Positions 19,238-29,825 of a DNA stretch of 64,000 bases are shown here, piece by piece. The translations under genes were made by a program, and so were the position numbers. The notes under the pieces are model-generated. The model had not been told where the DNA came from. It was given only the letters and a program-made list of their open reading frames with translations, and did not search any database. Positions within the stretch are counted from its first letter, which is position 1. Each line of letters begins with the position of its first letter. Source of the DNA: an uncultured Gammaproteobacteria bacterium (GTDB lineage: Bacteria; Patescibacteriota; Patescibacteriia; UBA9934); NCBI GenBank assembly GCA_964569575.1, contig CAZMTL010000002.1, positions 19,618 through 83,617 of the forward strand, given 5' to 3'.

Positions 19238-19960
19238 TCAACGCGAAAGCAAAAAACGTTGATCAAAATGCACACTGCACCGCGCGCATGAACGTGGTTT
19301 TTTAAAAATAATCGCCGTCTCGGTTTGATGCCCATTTGGACAACTATACACATACACCTGCTTACATGCATGTTGAAATTCAACCGTACGAATCTTTACA
19401 TGCTTTTCATCCCAGCGTTTTTGTTCGACACGCGACGACATCACTGTTCCAATAATACCCTTTGGAACAAATAAAATGCTCGGCTTTTCACGACCCCGCC
19501 ATTCCTGTACACGCACCTTTTGAACACCTGAGAGAACAGGAAGATCAACCCCTCCGGCATCTAGATATTCCTTCACCATCGCCTTCACTGTGCGATCGAA
19601 CGACTTGCCGTGCCGCGCACTACGCAAACGCCCGTCACATGCATCAGCTACATGCCACAATTCGTGCATGACCACTTCGAGCGCACATTCTTTTTTTCGA
19701 TACGTCTCGTGAAGTAAGTACGGATTAAACGTAATCAAATAACGAATATCACGACCATGATGAGTTACTTCGGGAAACACAGGTGTGTACACGCGCCCCT
19801 GCCGAGCATGACGCAATCCTGCAGTATGACCATACTGCCGCAAACTCATCTTCTGCGTTAGTACCAAAATCCGCTCTGGCTGAACATACTTCAGGCGATC
19901 AACAACCAAAGCAGCGCGCTCGATTACCTCAGAAAAAACATCCGCAAGCGAAATGATCAC
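19238..19960 (-). CDS. SprT-like zinc metallopeptidase with C-terminal zinc ribbon (family-level guess)
   Basis: VMHELWHV (HExxH) followed by CPNGH...CARC ribbon; 240 aa. Confidence 0.4.
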   Translation of the reverse strand: MIISLADVFSEVIERAALVVDRLKYVQPERILVLTQKMSLRQYGHTAGLRHARQGRVYTPVFPEVTHHGRDIRYLITFNPYLLHETYRKKECALEVVMHELWHVADACDGRLRSARHGKSFDRTVKAMVKEYLDAGGVDLPVLSGVQKVRVQEWRGREKPSILFVPKGIIGTVMSSRVEQKRWDEKHVKIRTVEFQHACKQVYVYSCPNGHQTETAIIFKKPRSCARCSVHFDQRFLLSR

Positions 19961-19962
19961 AT

Positions 19963-21315
19963 TTATTCTCCACGCGTCATCAATTCTACCAACTCATCAA
20001 CGCGCGCGCGCATCACATCCTCGCTTGTCGCCTCAACTGTCAAACGAATCACCGGTTCGGTATTAGAAGCGCGCACAATAAACCACCAATCCCGTCCAAA
20101 TTCACAACGAATTCCATCCAATTCATTCACAATAGTTGCTTGCGGAATATACACTTCCTTCACACGTGCAATCACCGCATCCTTTGCCTCAACTTCAATA
20201 TTTACTTCTCCGCTGTTCACAAACGTACGCAACGGCCGAACCAAATCTGCAAACGTACTGCCCGAACGCTTCCAAGCAAGCAAAATGAGTAAAAAAGTAT
20301 AATCGATCGACTCCAAATCACGGAACGGTTTAAAGAAAAAGTGACTCGAAATCTCACCTCCAATTTCCGCCCCCGATTCGCGCATTTTGCGAATCGCAAA
20401 CGTGCGTCCGATACGATCTTCGATCAACTCCGCACCCGCCTCACGCATCGCATCCGCACTCGCCCATCCGTGGTTTGGCGCTACAACCACCTTTGCGGAA
20501 TCATGATCCTGCAAATACGCCTGTACAAGCAACGCCAATGTTTGATCCCCGCGCAATGTTACTCCCTCACTATCAACAAATCCGATCCGATCCCCATCTC
20601 CATCAATCGCCACACCAAAATCAGCACCAATTTCCTTCATCTTCGCCTTCAAATCAATCAATGTACTTTCTTTGGCAGGATTTGCTTCATGATACGGAAA
20701 TCGCGCATCTGGTTCCTCGTACAGCTCCACGGCCTGAATACCCAAACGTGCAAGCAACGGCGCAAATGTAACAGCCCCCATTCCGCTACCGTAATCAACA
20801 ACTAACTTAACATCCTTCACAGAAGGAAGCGTACCAGCTGCAGCAAGTACATACGCCAAATACTCACCAATGAATTCTTTTTCTTCCACACGTCCCGCGA
20901 CATCAGCATTCGGCACAACCAAATTCATCAACGTAAACAATCGCTCACCCGAAACCGGTTCACCATCTGCGAGCGCAACCTTGATTCCATTATATTCGGC
21001 TGGATTATGCGAGGCTGTAATCATCACACCAACATCCACCCCCTGCGTCGTCACCGCCCAATTAAACAACGAAGTCGTCACCATTCCCATCGAAACCACA
21101 TCCGCGCCAGCAGCCGTAATCCCAGCGATCATCGCTTCGGCTAGCTGAGGACTTGTTTCACGCATATCGCGCCCAACCAACACTTTTTTTGCTTGATATT
21201 TCTGCACTAACACGCGCCCAACCTGTTCAGCTAATTCTACCGTAATTTCGGGAAGCAAACCGCGAATATCATTCGCTTTAAAAATCCCTTTCGGAAATTC
21301 CATATTCGTTGACAT
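19963..21315 (-). CDS. glmM: Phosphohexomutase (phosphoglucosamine mutase/phosphomannomutase family)
   Basis: TASHNPAEYNGIK phosphoserine loop and DGDGDR metal-binding loop; 450 aa fits GlmM; exact substrate not determinable by eye. Confidence 0.75.
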   Translation of the reverse strand: MSTNMEFPKGIFKANDIRGLLPEITVELAEQVGRVLVQKYQAKKVLVGRDMRETSPQLAEAMIAGITAAGADVVSMGMVTTSLFNWAVTTQGVDVGVMITASHNPAEYNGIKVALADGEPVSGERLFTLMNLVVPNADVAGRVEEKEFIGEYLAYVLAAAGTLPSVKDVKLVVDYGSGMGAVTFAPLLARLGIQAVELYEEPDARFPYHEANPAKESTLIDLKAKMKEIGADFGVAIDGDGDRIGFVDSEGVTLRGDQTLALLVQAYLQDHDSAKVVVAPNHGWASADAMREAGAELIEDRIGRTFAIRKMRESGAEIGGEISSHFFFKPFRDLESIDYTFLLILLAWKRSGSTFADLVRPLRTFVNSGEVNIEVEAKDAVIARVKEVYIPQATIVNELDGIRCEFGRDWWFIVRASNTEPVIRLTVEATSEDVMRARVDELVELMTRGE

Positions 21316-21418
21316 TTAGTAAAAAAATACGTACTGTTTAGAAGGATAAGCCCTTCTATTCACACGTAAGTGTAGTGAAAAACTAATAACTCGGCAACCG
21401 CCGAAAATAAACATCTTT

Positions 21419-21973
21419 ATGGAAATTATTCTTATCGTCATTCTTGCAGTGCTTGGCGTGACAGCCCTGTGGCTCATGATGGTCTTCAACGGCCTCATTC
21501 GTCTTCGAAATCGTGTCGACGAAGCATGGTCAGACATCGAAGTTCAACTAAAACGACGATACGACCTAATTCCAAACTTGGTAAATTCGGTAAAGGGGTA
21601 CGCAAAACATGAAGAAAACGTCTTCACAAAGGTAACCGAAGCACGAGCGAACGCCATCGGCGCACAGACTCCAGCTGAACACGCACAAGCAGAAGGCATG
21701 CTAACAGGAGCATTGAAAAGCCTGTTCGCGGTTGCGGAAAGTTACCCAACACTTCAAGCATCAGAAAACTTCCTCCACTTGCAACGCGAACTGGTTGACG
21801 CAGAAGACAAGATTCAAGCATCACGACGCTTCTACAACGGAAATGTCCGAGACTTCAACACGCGACTTCAAGTATTTCCAAACAATTTAGTCGCAGGCGT
21901 TCTAGGATTTACAAAATATGATTTCTTCGACGCACCAGACGAAGTAAACGCCACTCCAAACGTCCAATTCTAA
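21419..21973 (+). CDS. lemA: LemA family membrane protein
   Basis: N-terminal TM then ...VDEAWSDIEVQLKRRYDLIPNLV...FYNGNVRDFN... LemA signature; upstream of htpX as often seen. Confidence 0.85.
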   Translation: MEIILIVILAVLGVTALWLMMVFNGLIRLRNRVDEAWSDIEVQLKRRYDLIPNLVNSVKGYAKHEENVFTKVTEARANAIGAQTPAEHAQAEGMLTGALKSLFAVAESYPTLQASENFLHLQRELVDAEDKIQASRRFYNGNVRDFNTRLQVFPNNLVAGVLGFTKYDFFDAPDEVNATPNVQF

Positions 21974-22073
21974 ATCGTAACCAAGGATTCTTGCATCTTC
22001 TTTGCAGAGATCCAAAAAAAGAAGTAGCGAGCTCTGCATCCGTCCGCGGTCAGTCACTCTCTACTTTTTTCTT

Positions 22074-22979
22074 ATGTACAATTCCATCGCTTCAAACAAA
22101 CGAAAAACTTGGGCGCTCTTAATTGCCTTCACCATCCTGTGTACCGCACTGTTTCTTGTACTTGGAATAAACCTAGGCATGAACTACTGGCAATCCATCG
22201 CTCTCGGCGCAGGATTCAGCATCTTATACGGAAGCATCAGCTATTTCTTCAGCGACAAAGTAGCCCTCTTCGCAGCAGGAGCAACGCCAATCAAAAAACA
22301 AGATCATTTCGAGCTCTACACGATGGTAGAAAATCTCGCGATCACCGCCGGATTACCAACGCCAAAAATCTACATCATCAACGACCCAACGCCGAACGCA
22401 TTCGCAACCGGCCGAAATCCAGAACACGCATCCGTCGCCTACACAACGGGAATTCTTCAAATTCTGAACAAACAAGAACTGCAAGGAGTCACCGCACACG
22501 AATTGTCACACATCAAAAATTACGACATCCGTATTATGACCATCGTGGTCGTGCTCATTGGACTGGTTGTATTAATTTCCGACATCCTGCTTCGCGTAGG
22601 ACTATTTGGTGGCGGTGGACGTTCGCGCGAAAATAACGGACAGGCTGCAATCGCCTTTCTAGTGATCGGTCTGATCGCGGCAATCCTCGCTCCATTCATC
22701 GCGCAAATTATTCAACTAGCCGTGTCTCGTTCACGAGAATACCTAGCAGACGCAAGCGGCGCGATGCTGACACGCTACCCGCAAGGACTTGCATCCGCTC
22801 TACAAAAAATCCAACAGCACGCCGGAAAACTACAAAATGCAAACCACGCAACCGCACACCTCTACATCGCAAATCCATTCGGAGGAAAAAATGCACACCG
22901 AGGATTCTTCAACCGTCTATTCGCCACACATCCTCCAACAGAAGAACGAATTAAACGATTGCTCGACGCAGGAAGATAA
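22074..22979 (+). CDS. htpX: Zinc metalloprotease HtpX (peptidase M48)
   Basis: TAHELSHIKNYD (HExxH), later EYLADASGA; four TM segments; about 300 aa. Confidence 0.85.
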   Translation: MYNSIASNKRKTWALLIAFTILCTALFLVLGINLGMNYWQSIALGAGFSILYGSISYFFSDKVALFAAGATPIKKQDHFELYTMVENLAITAGLPTPKIYIINDPTPNAFATGRNPEHASVAYTTGILQILNKQELQGVTAHELSHIKNYDIRIMTIVVVLIGLVVLISDILLRVGLFGGGGRSRENNGQAAIAFLVIGLIAAILAPFIAQIIQLAVSRSREYLADASGAMLTRYPQGLASALQKIQQHAGKLQNANHATAHLYIANPFGGKNAHRGFFNRLFATHPPTEERIKRLLDAGR

Positions 22980-22990
22980 CCAGCAAATAT

Positions 22991-25465
22991 ATGAATGACA
23001 TTATCGGAAAATTCACCAACCATCTGAAAAACGCACTCACCCGAGCGCTTTGCTTAGCGGTCGAAACACAAAAATCCGAAATCACCCCACTTCACCTAGT
23101 CTGGGCACTTCAATCACAACAAGGCTGTGTTGCGGCAGAAATTCTGGAAAAATCAGGATCTTCATTTAAGCAACTACAGCTTACCGTAGGCGACAGTGGA
23201 CAAACCTTCGAAGAAAAAGCTGAACAAAAATCAACTGTTCCAGCGCTTTCTGAAGCGGCAAAAATCGCCATCGAAAAAGCCGTACTCGCAGCAAACACGT
23301 ACGAACACAAATACATCGGCACCGAACATCTTCTCTCCGGTCTACTTCAGTCATCACGCGAAGTACGAGAATATTTCGAAGAGGCAAAAGTAAATGTTTC
23401 GAGCATTCAAACACACCTCACTGCGATCTTCCGAACAAGCGCCTCATTTCCAGATCTCGCACAACCAACAAAATCAATTCAAAATTTATTCCACGAACTA
23501 GAACACGAGGAAGAAGAAGACGACAGCAAGCAACTGGCGATTGATTTCTTTACGGACGAAATGACCACCGAAGAAGCAGTAGAAAAAATCACGCCAGTCA
23601 TCGGTCGCGATACCGAAATTCATCGACTCGCAAACATCCTTGCGCGCAAACAAAAAAACAATCCAATCCTAATTGGTAAACCGGGTGTTGGAAAAACAGC
23701 CGTCGTCGAAGGGCTCGCGAAAAACATTCTAGAAGACAACGTACCGGCAGCTCTTTCAGGCAAACGCATTTTGCGTCTAGACTTAGCTTCAATGATCGCC
23801 GGCACGATGTACCGAGGTGAATTCGAATCACGCTTGCGACAACTGATCGAAGAAGTGACAGAACGTCCCGACATCATTCTGTTCATCGACGAAATCCACA
23901 CCATCATGGGAGCAGGTGCCGCTTCAGGCTCGCTCGACGCAGCAAACATTCTAAAACCCGCCCTCGCGCGCGGTGAAATTCGCTGTATCGGCGCAACAAC
24001 GCCAGACGAATTCAAAAAGTTTATCGAAACCGACGGCGCGCTCGAACGACGATTCCAACAAATCCCACTCCGCGAACCAACCAAAGAAGAAACGCGCAGC
24101 ATCCTAGAAGGCATTAAATCATTCTACGAAAAACATCATCACGTAGAATACTCAGACGAAGCACTGGCACGTACAATCGAGCTAGCTGACAAGTACCTCC
24201 ACGGAAAAGCCTTCCCCGACAAAGCAATCGACGTCCTCGACGAAGCAGGATCACTTGCAAATCACCTAAAACGAAAACGCAAAAAAGACGCGTCTATTTT
24301 CGAACTACAGAAAAAACTGGCAGCAGTAAAAAAACAAAAGAAGACAGCTGTTACCGAAGAACGATTCGAGGAAGCGATGCAGTTGAAAGAAGAGGAACTG
24401 TTGCTCGAAAAAACCATGAAAGAACGCCGCGACAAAGCAACAAAAAATCTTCAAATCATCTCGGTAGACGAATCCATTATTACCGAAACTGTGTCACACA
24501 TGTGCGGTATTTCGCTTGATAAATTAAGCGCTAGCGAACAAAAAGAACTAAAAAAACTAGAAACGACACTAAACGAACAAGTCATCGGCCAAAACAAAAT
24601 TGTCGCCGAAGTAGCAAAAGCCATCCAGCGATCAAAACTAGGACTCGGCAAAAAAGAACGACCGCTTGCGTCATTCCTCTTCCTTGGACCTTCCGGCGTA
24701 GGAAAAACGCACCTCGCAAAAACGCTGGCAAAAAATCTCTTCGCACACGAAGACAGCTTTTTGCGACTCGACATGTCTGAATACTCGGAACCGTTTACGA
24801 TCAGTAAATTAATCGGCTCACCAGCTGGCTACGTTGGCTATCGCGAATCAACAAAACTGACCGACCACATCAAACAGCATCCACACACCGTCATCCTGTT
24901 CGACGAAATCGAAAAAGCACACGGCGATGTTCACAATTTGTTGCTTCAAATTCTAGACGACGGAATGCTTACCGACGCCACGGGAAGAAAAATCAACTTC
25001 CGAAATACGTACATTATCCTGACAACAAATGCCGGAAAAGAATTTCTCGACAGCTCAACGCTCGGCTTTGCCTTAAGTGATGGCGCCGACGTAAAACAAC
25101 AACGCATGCGCGAAGCACTCGAGCAACAGTTCAAAGTTGAACTGCTCAATCGCATTCAACACATCTGCGCATTCGAACGTCTTTCGCAGGAAAGCATTCA
25201 AAAGATTTCCGAAAAAGAACTTGCCGAAATCGGAAACCGATTGGAAGAAAAAAACATTCATTACTCGCTTCACAAAGAAGTCGCAGAACACATTGCAAAA
25301 AAGGTACGAGCAGAACACGGCGCACGCGATATCCACAGAGTCATCGAAGAACAAGTAGAACACGCGATCGCCGAACAACTCCTCTCTGCCACAAAACAAC
25401 CAAAGAAAATTCAAGTTTCGACCAACAAAACAGGAAAAATCCTAGTAAAAAGCCTGTCTCGATAA
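22991..25465 (+). CDS. clpC: Clp/Hsp100 AAA+ chaperone, ClpC-type (two NBDs, Clp_N repeats, short M-domain with UVR-like motif, LGF loop)
   Basis: GKPGVGKTA and GPSGVGKTH Walker A; ILFIDEIH Walker B; linker EERFEEAMQLKEEE; about 65-aa middle domain argues ClpC not ClpB. Confidence 0.85.
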   Translation: MNDIIGKFTNHLKNALTRALCLAVETQKSEITPLHLVWALQSQQGCVAAEILEKSGSSFKQLQLTVGDSGQTFEEKAEQKSTVPALSEAAKIAIEKAVLAANTYEHKYIGTEHLLSGLLQSSREVREYFEEAKVNVSSIQTHLTAIFRTSASFPDLAQPTKSIQNLFHELEHEEEEDDSKQLAIDFFTDEMTTEEAVEKITPVIGRDTEIHRLANILARKQKNNPILIGKPGVGKTAVVEGLAKNILEDNVPAALSGKRILRLDLASMIAGTMYRGEFESRLRQLIEEVTERPDIILFIDEIHTIMGAGAASGSLDAANILKPALARGEIRCIGATTPDEFKKFIETDGALERRFQQIPLREPTKEETRSILEGIKSFYEKHHHVEYSDEALARTIELADKYLHGKAFPDKAIDVLDEAGSLANHLKRKRKKDASIFELQKKLAAVKKQKKTAVTEERFEEAMQLKEEELLLEKTMKERRDKATKNLQIISVDESIITETVSHMCGISLDKLSASEQKELKKLETTLNEQVIGQNKIVAEVAKAIQRSKLGLGKKERPLASFLFLGPSGVGKTHLAKTLAKNLFAHEDSFLRLDMSEYSEPFTISKLIGSPAGYVGYRESTKLTDHIKQHPHTVILFDEIEKAHGDVHNLLLQILDDGMLTDATGRKINFRNTYIILTTNAGKEFLDSSTLGFALSDGADVKQQRMREALEQQFKVELLNRIQHICAFERLSQESIQKISEKELAEIGNRLEEKNIHYSLHKEVAEHIAKKVRAEHGARDIHRVIEEQVEHAIAEQLLSATKQPKKIQVSTNKTGKILVKSLSR

Positions 25466-25475
25466 ACACAAAAGA

Positions 25476-25511
25476 AAAATCATCCCAGCAAATTGTCGGG
25501 ATGATTTTTTT
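25476..25511 (+). terminator. Rho-independent terminator after clpC
   Basis: atcatccc-agcaaattgtc-gggatgat followed by ttttttt. Confidence 0.6.
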
Positions 25512-25571
25512 GATTACAAAAAAGTGAAAAGAGAGCCACAAAAACAGCACATTTTCTGCTATAATACAGGC

Positions 25572-26450
25572 ATGGCAGAAGCCGTTCAGCAACAAGTAAA
25601 CCCGCGCGCACAACTTCAACAAGCAAGAATCGCCGCACAAAAAAACAGCACGCAAAACCGCGCGTCTAATTCGCGATCGAATCGAAGCAAAATTCAACAA
25701 CAAGTCACCTCTCGAAACGTCGACATCGAAGCAATCACCAACCGCCCACGAAACGAACGCGAAGAAGAAGCACTCGAAAACGAAAAACGCGTCAAAGAAC
25801 TAAACAACAAAAAACGTTTGCACATCCAAAAAATGCAAACACGCGCGATGCTCCAAAACTACATCGCCGCCCCACGAGAATTCACCGAACTGCAAACACC
25901 CCAAGAACAAGAGCAGCAACAGATGCAAGAAGCGTACGACGAATATCAGGAAGAAAATGCCAACGTCATGCAATCAACCGAAGGCACGCTAAAGAAAGTA
26001 CGCCAACTGGCAAAAAATAAACAAGAATTGATGGCAAAAGCCCGTAAAGTAAAAGAAAGCATCGATAAAGCAAAGAAAGCAAAAGACATTCTTTGGACCG
26101 CAGGACAATACGTCACGCTCACGGAACACGTCGCACCAGCAGCCGCAGAAACAATTTTTACCGGAGGTGGAACGATTGGCGCCTACCGATTCGTAAAACT
26201 CTTAGCTGGTAAAGACGACTTCTTTCCCGGAATGTTTTCGTTTCTGGAACCATCACGCTACAAACTAAGTGACATTACTTCCTGGCTTTCGATGCTGCAT
26301 TTCGCGTACTTCAGCCTTATCGCCCTACTCGTCATCGCCGCAATTCTCGCAGCGCTCATCCTGCTCGTCATCCCGATCGCACTCGCCGGCACCGTCGCAG
26401 GCACAGCCTCGTACCAGCTCTACAACTTCCTTCAAACATACATTCTCTAA
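25572..26450 (+). CDS. Hypothetical Gln-rich coiled-coil protein with C-terminal TM anchor
   Basis: Start at MAEAVQQQ (tataat 8 nt upstream). Q/E/K-rich helical region, then C-terminal LIALLVIAAILAALILLVIPIALAG TM segment. Confidence 0.5.
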   Translation: MAEAVQQQVNPRAQLQQARIAAQKNSTQNRASNSRSNRSKIQQQVTSRNVDIEAITNRPRNEREEEALENEKRVKELNNKKRLHIQKMQTRAMLQNYIAAPREFTELQTPQEQEQQQMQEAYDEYQEENANVMQSTEGTLKKVRQLAKNKQELMAKARKVKESIDKAKKAKDILWTAGQYVTLTEHVAPAAAETIFTGGGTIGAYRFVKLLAGKDDFFPGMFSFLEPSRYKLSDITSWLSMLHFAYFSLIALLVIAAILAALILLVIPIALAGTVAGTASYQLYNFLQTYIL

Positions 26451-26454
26451 CCCT

Positions 26455-27678
26455 ATGTCTCCCAAGCAAAAGCAAATCATTCTCGTCATCCTGTTCATCG
26501 CCGCAACCGCGCTTATCGCAGCGGGAATTATTTTCATCTTATTCCGTCCACCATCGCTCACGCCAACGCCAACTCCAAACGAAGAGCCTGGAAATATTGG
26601 TCAGCTACCAGAATCACAACCAGGAACAGGCGGAAATGTGATACCAGACAACGAAAATGGCGAAGGAACAAACACACCAGGTACCCTTCCTGGGTCCGAA
26701 GTAGCAAGCGGAGGATTAACCAACGTACAGCAACTCACAACAGGCACAATCTCGACGCCAACCATCTCGGGAAACAACATTGCGTACTACGATCCAGCTG
26801 ATGGACGCTTCTACACCATCAACGCAAACGGTGAAGTCGTCGCACTCACCGACACACCTTTCCCAAATGCTGAAAATGTCACCATCGCCCCAAGCGCCGA
26901 AGCAGCCGCGATCGAATTCCCAGACGGAAGTAACATTTTGTATAACTTTACAACACAAAAACAAATCAACCTTCCAAGCCATTGGGAAGATTTTGCTTTT
27001 TCTTCCACTAGCACAGAAGTGGCATCTAAAAGCATTGGTGTAGACGCAAACAATCGCGCCCTTGTCGTCACTTCAGCAGACGGATCAAGAACAACCCCAA
27101 TCGCTGCACTTGGCAACAATCAAGACCGAGTCACCGTCAACTGGTCACCAAACAACCAAATCGTCGGATTCTCTGACACAGGCAGCGTACAAAACAGCTT
27201 TGGCCGAAAACAAATCTTCCTCATCGGAAGCGACGGCGGAGAAAAAGGCGCGCTCATCGTAGAAGGCGGAAATTTTTCAGGCACCTGGTCCCCTTCTGGA
27301 AACAACATCCTCTATTCCATCGCCTACAGTGCCCGTAACAACCGACCATCCCTCTGGCTTGCAAACGCCACCGGAACCGTCGGCACAGAACGAAAATACC
27401 TAAACATCGAAACCTGGGTAGAAAAATGCACATTTCAGAACGAGACGACTATTTTATGTGCCGTACCAAACTCGGTCCCAGACGAATCTGGATTTGATCA
27501 AGATCTAGTAACCGCTCCTGACAACCTGTTCAGCATAAACATCTCAAGCGGTCGATCAACACTTCTTGCTATCCCGTCAGACCAGATGCAAATGCACAAC
27601 CTCTCTATCTCCGAGGATGGAACGGTTCTCTATTTTACAAATGAAAACGGACAACTCAGTTCAATGAACCTACGCTAA
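26455..27678 (+). CDS. Membrane-anchored TolB-like/PD40 beta-propeller repeat protein
   Basis: N-terminal TM, Thr/Pro-rich linker, then repeated ...WSPNNQIVGFSD..., ...GTWSPSGNNILYS..., ...ISEDGTVLYF... blades. Starts 4 nt after upstream stop. Confidence 0.5.
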   Translation: MSPKQKQIILVILFIAATALIAAGIIFILFRPPSLTPTPTPNEEPGNIGQLPESQPGTGGNVIPDNENGEGTNTPGTLPGSEVASGGLTNVQQLTTGTISTPTISGNNIAYYDPADGRFYTINANGEVVALTDTPFPNAENVTIAPSAEAAAIEFPDGSNILYNFTTQKQINLPSHWEDFAFSSTSTEVASKSIGVDANNRALVVTSADGSRTTPIAALGNNQDRVTVNWSPNNQIVGFSDTGSVQNSFGRKQIFLIGSDGGEKGALIVEGGNFSGTWSPSGNNILYSIAYSARNNRPSLWLANATGTVGTERKYLNIETWVEKCTFQNETTILCAVPNSVPDESGFDQDLVTAPDNLFSINISSGRSTLLAIPSDQMQMHNLSISEDGTVLYFTNENGQLSSMNLR

Positions 27679-27682
27679 TGCT

Positions 27683-28291
27683 ATGAATATTTCTGCAAAA
27701 CAACTAGCGATCACAGCTTGTTTAATAAGCCTTTTGATTTTTATCGCACTTGCAGGAAAAATGCTGGAAAAGAATGCGAATAGCAAAGAAACAAGAACTA
27801 CGAACGAAGCCCTTCCGGCCGTCTACGGAAATCCCAAAGCTGAAACAATTATAGAAATCATCGGCTACCCAGGATGCCAACAATGCGAAACACAATCCAT
27901 CAACCTACGAGCGGTCATCGATCAAAATCCGAACATCCAACTCCACTGGTACGATCTTCCAAACGACTCTCTCGATATGAGCGCGACACAAACAACGATT
28001 GCAACACACTGCGCCGAAGAACAAGATCAATACTGGCAATATTTCGATCTTATCAATAGCCAACAACAAAAAAACAAAACCGTTTACATCGAAGCGGCAA
28101 AAACGCTCGAACTAAACGAGAAAAAATTCACTCGATGTTTGGAAAAACAAAAACCGCTCAAAAACATCGAACAAAACAGCCTCTACGCGAACGAAAAAAA
28201 TCCCACCGCACTTCCAACCACTTTCATTCAACAAAAACGCTACACAGGAGTGATGTCCATAAACGAAATCCAAACCGCTTTGCAAAACTAA
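27683..28291 (+). CDS. Membrane-anchored thioredoxin-fold/DsbA-like protein (CxxC = CQQC)
   Basis: N-terminal TM then YPGCQQCETQ in thioredoxin-like context; 202 aa. Confidence 0.45.
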   Translation: MNISAKQLAITACLISLLIFIALAGKMLEKNANSKETRTTNEALPAVYGNPKAETIIEIIGYPGCQQCETQSINLRAVIDQNPNIQLHWYDLPNDSLDMSATQTTIATHCAEEQDQYWQYFDLINSQQQKNKTVYIEAAKTLELNEKKFTRCLEKQKPLKNIEQNSLYANEKNPTALPTTFIQQKRYTGVMSINEIQTALQN

Positions 28292-28292
28292 T

Positions 28293-29822
28293 ATGAAAAA
28301 AATTCTCGCTCTCCTATTCGTTGCGTGTACAACCCTGTTCTTACCCACGCAAACCTTCTCCGCAGAACTCATAACGCCCTCGGTTCAATGCGATAACGGA
28401 GAAGAAGGTCTCTACTGCATCTGCTCGACACACTTTCCAAATCCGGGAGTTTTTACCAATGGAATCAGTGATGTTTACGGAACCATCACAGGGTTTGAAT
28501 CCTATCCAGATATCACTACCTACCCAACTACCGTAAATAAATTCGATAAATGCACCGAAGTCTGTTTACAAAACTTGAGAGACAGCGCAGCTAGCAACCC
28601 AACAGCTGTAAGAGAAATTTATACAAACAGCAATAATCCACTAGATTTTTACGCAACCCTCTACTGCGTTGACGCATCAGCAAACGCAACAAATCAAAAA
28701 ACAGAAGTAATCAAATTGGACAATCAGCTAAATTCGGAAGGCAATGCACAATCGGCGAACGCAGACCTACTAAACAATCAGCCACCCAGATTAAACATCA
28801 AAATCCCTGGATTCGGAGAAACTTTCACTACAAGCAACTACATCGGTGAATACATTAAAGCGATTTATCAATTCCTACTGGGAATATCTGCCCTTATTGC
28901 TATTTTGATGTTCACCATTGCAGGATTTCAATGGATGTTAGCTGCAGGAAATTCTGCAGGCATAGCTCAAGCAAAAAAACGAATGGCAGACACCCTAGCC
29001 GGTATCATTCTTTTACTTTGCGCTTACGCAATCGCACAATTAATCGATCCATCCTTTACAACATTTGAAAGAATAAACGTAAGCAATGTTGCAAGAATTG
29101 AAGACGAACTACACTTCGACAACGAATCACAAACCACATCCTCTGAAAATATAACCTTGCCAGATCCAAGCCTCGTGGCGATTACAGGCCCTCACTTACA
29201 GGTAATGACAACGAGCAGATATATGGATGCAAAGGTTCTAGAAGCACTCAACGCCGCAGCAGAACAATTCTACGAAGAAGAAGAATTAAATATAAGAGTC
29301 ACGTCTGGAAGCAGAAGCGTGCAAAGACAAGTAGAAATATTCTACGATCAGTGCCTAACGCCAGGAAAAAATTGTTTAGCTTGCAATCCTGTACCAAGTA
29401 GCAGCCCGTTGTTACAAAAACAGAATTCGCGATATGTCGTTGGCGCAGAGTTACAAGGAAAATCACGAGCAGAAGTTGTCGCAGCACTCACTGCCGTAGG
29501 AAGAGCATCAAAGTGTCCTCACACAAGTAATATCGCCGTAGACGCATGGTGTCCACGAGGCCAAAAAACCGGATACATTACCGAAATTTATTGCCAAGAA
29601 AAGCTCATACAAATCATGAGCGAACACGGTTTCTGTAGACTAGGGATTGAAGCATGGCATTTCGAATACAACGTCCAACCGTATACAAAACTCTCGACCG
29701 ATTGCTCGATGACTCCATCAATAACTTACAAATCCAAAACAACAGGAGCGGCAATTACTCCGGACAAGGCAACTTGCAGTGTATGGGATTGGGATGATCA
29801 CAAATGCGTTGTAGCAAAATAA
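28293..29822 (+). CDS. Fusion protein: Cys-rich extracellular domain + TrbC/VirB2-pilin-like two-TM segment + C-terminal peptidase M15 (VanY-like) cell-wall hydrolase domain
   Basis: Signal peptide; ...FLLGISALIAILMFTIAGFQWMLAAGNSAGIAQAKKRMADTLAGIILLLCAYAIAQ (VirB2/TrbC-like helix-loop-helix); then SGSRS, H-x6-D (HTSNIAVD), EAWHFEY = M15 motifs. Confidence 0.55.
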   Translation: MKKILALLFVACTTLFLPTQTFSAELITPSVQCDNGEEGLYCICSTHFPNPGVFTNGISDVYGTITGFESYPDITTYPTTVNKFDKCTEVCLQNLRDSAASNPTAVREIYTNSNNPLDFYATLYCVDASANATNQKTEVIKLDNQLNSEGNAQSANADLLNNQPPRLNIKIPGFGETFTTSNYIGEYIKAIYQFLLGISALIAILMFTIAGFQWMLAAGNSAGIAQAKKRMADTLAGIILLLCAYAIAQLIDPSFTTFERINVSNVARIEDELHFDNESQTTSSENITLPDPSLVAITGPHLQVMTTSRYMDAKVLEALNAAAEQFYEEEELNIRVTSGSRSVQRQVEIFYDQCLTPGKNCLACNPVPSSSPLLQKQNSRYVVGAELQGKSRAEVVAALTAVGRASKCPHTSNIAVDAWCPRGQKTGYITEIYCQEKLIQIMSEHGFCRLGIEAWHFEYNVQPYTKLSTDCSMTPSITYKSKTTGAAITPDKATCSVWDWDDHKCVVAK

Positions 29823-29825
29823 CCT

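Noticed and set aside
22991-25465. Calling the Clp ATPase ClpB
   Set aside because: Middle domain between NBD1 and NBD2 is only about 65 aa with a UVR-like motif, and an LGF ClpP-docking loop is present. These are ClpC/ClpE-type features, not ClpB.
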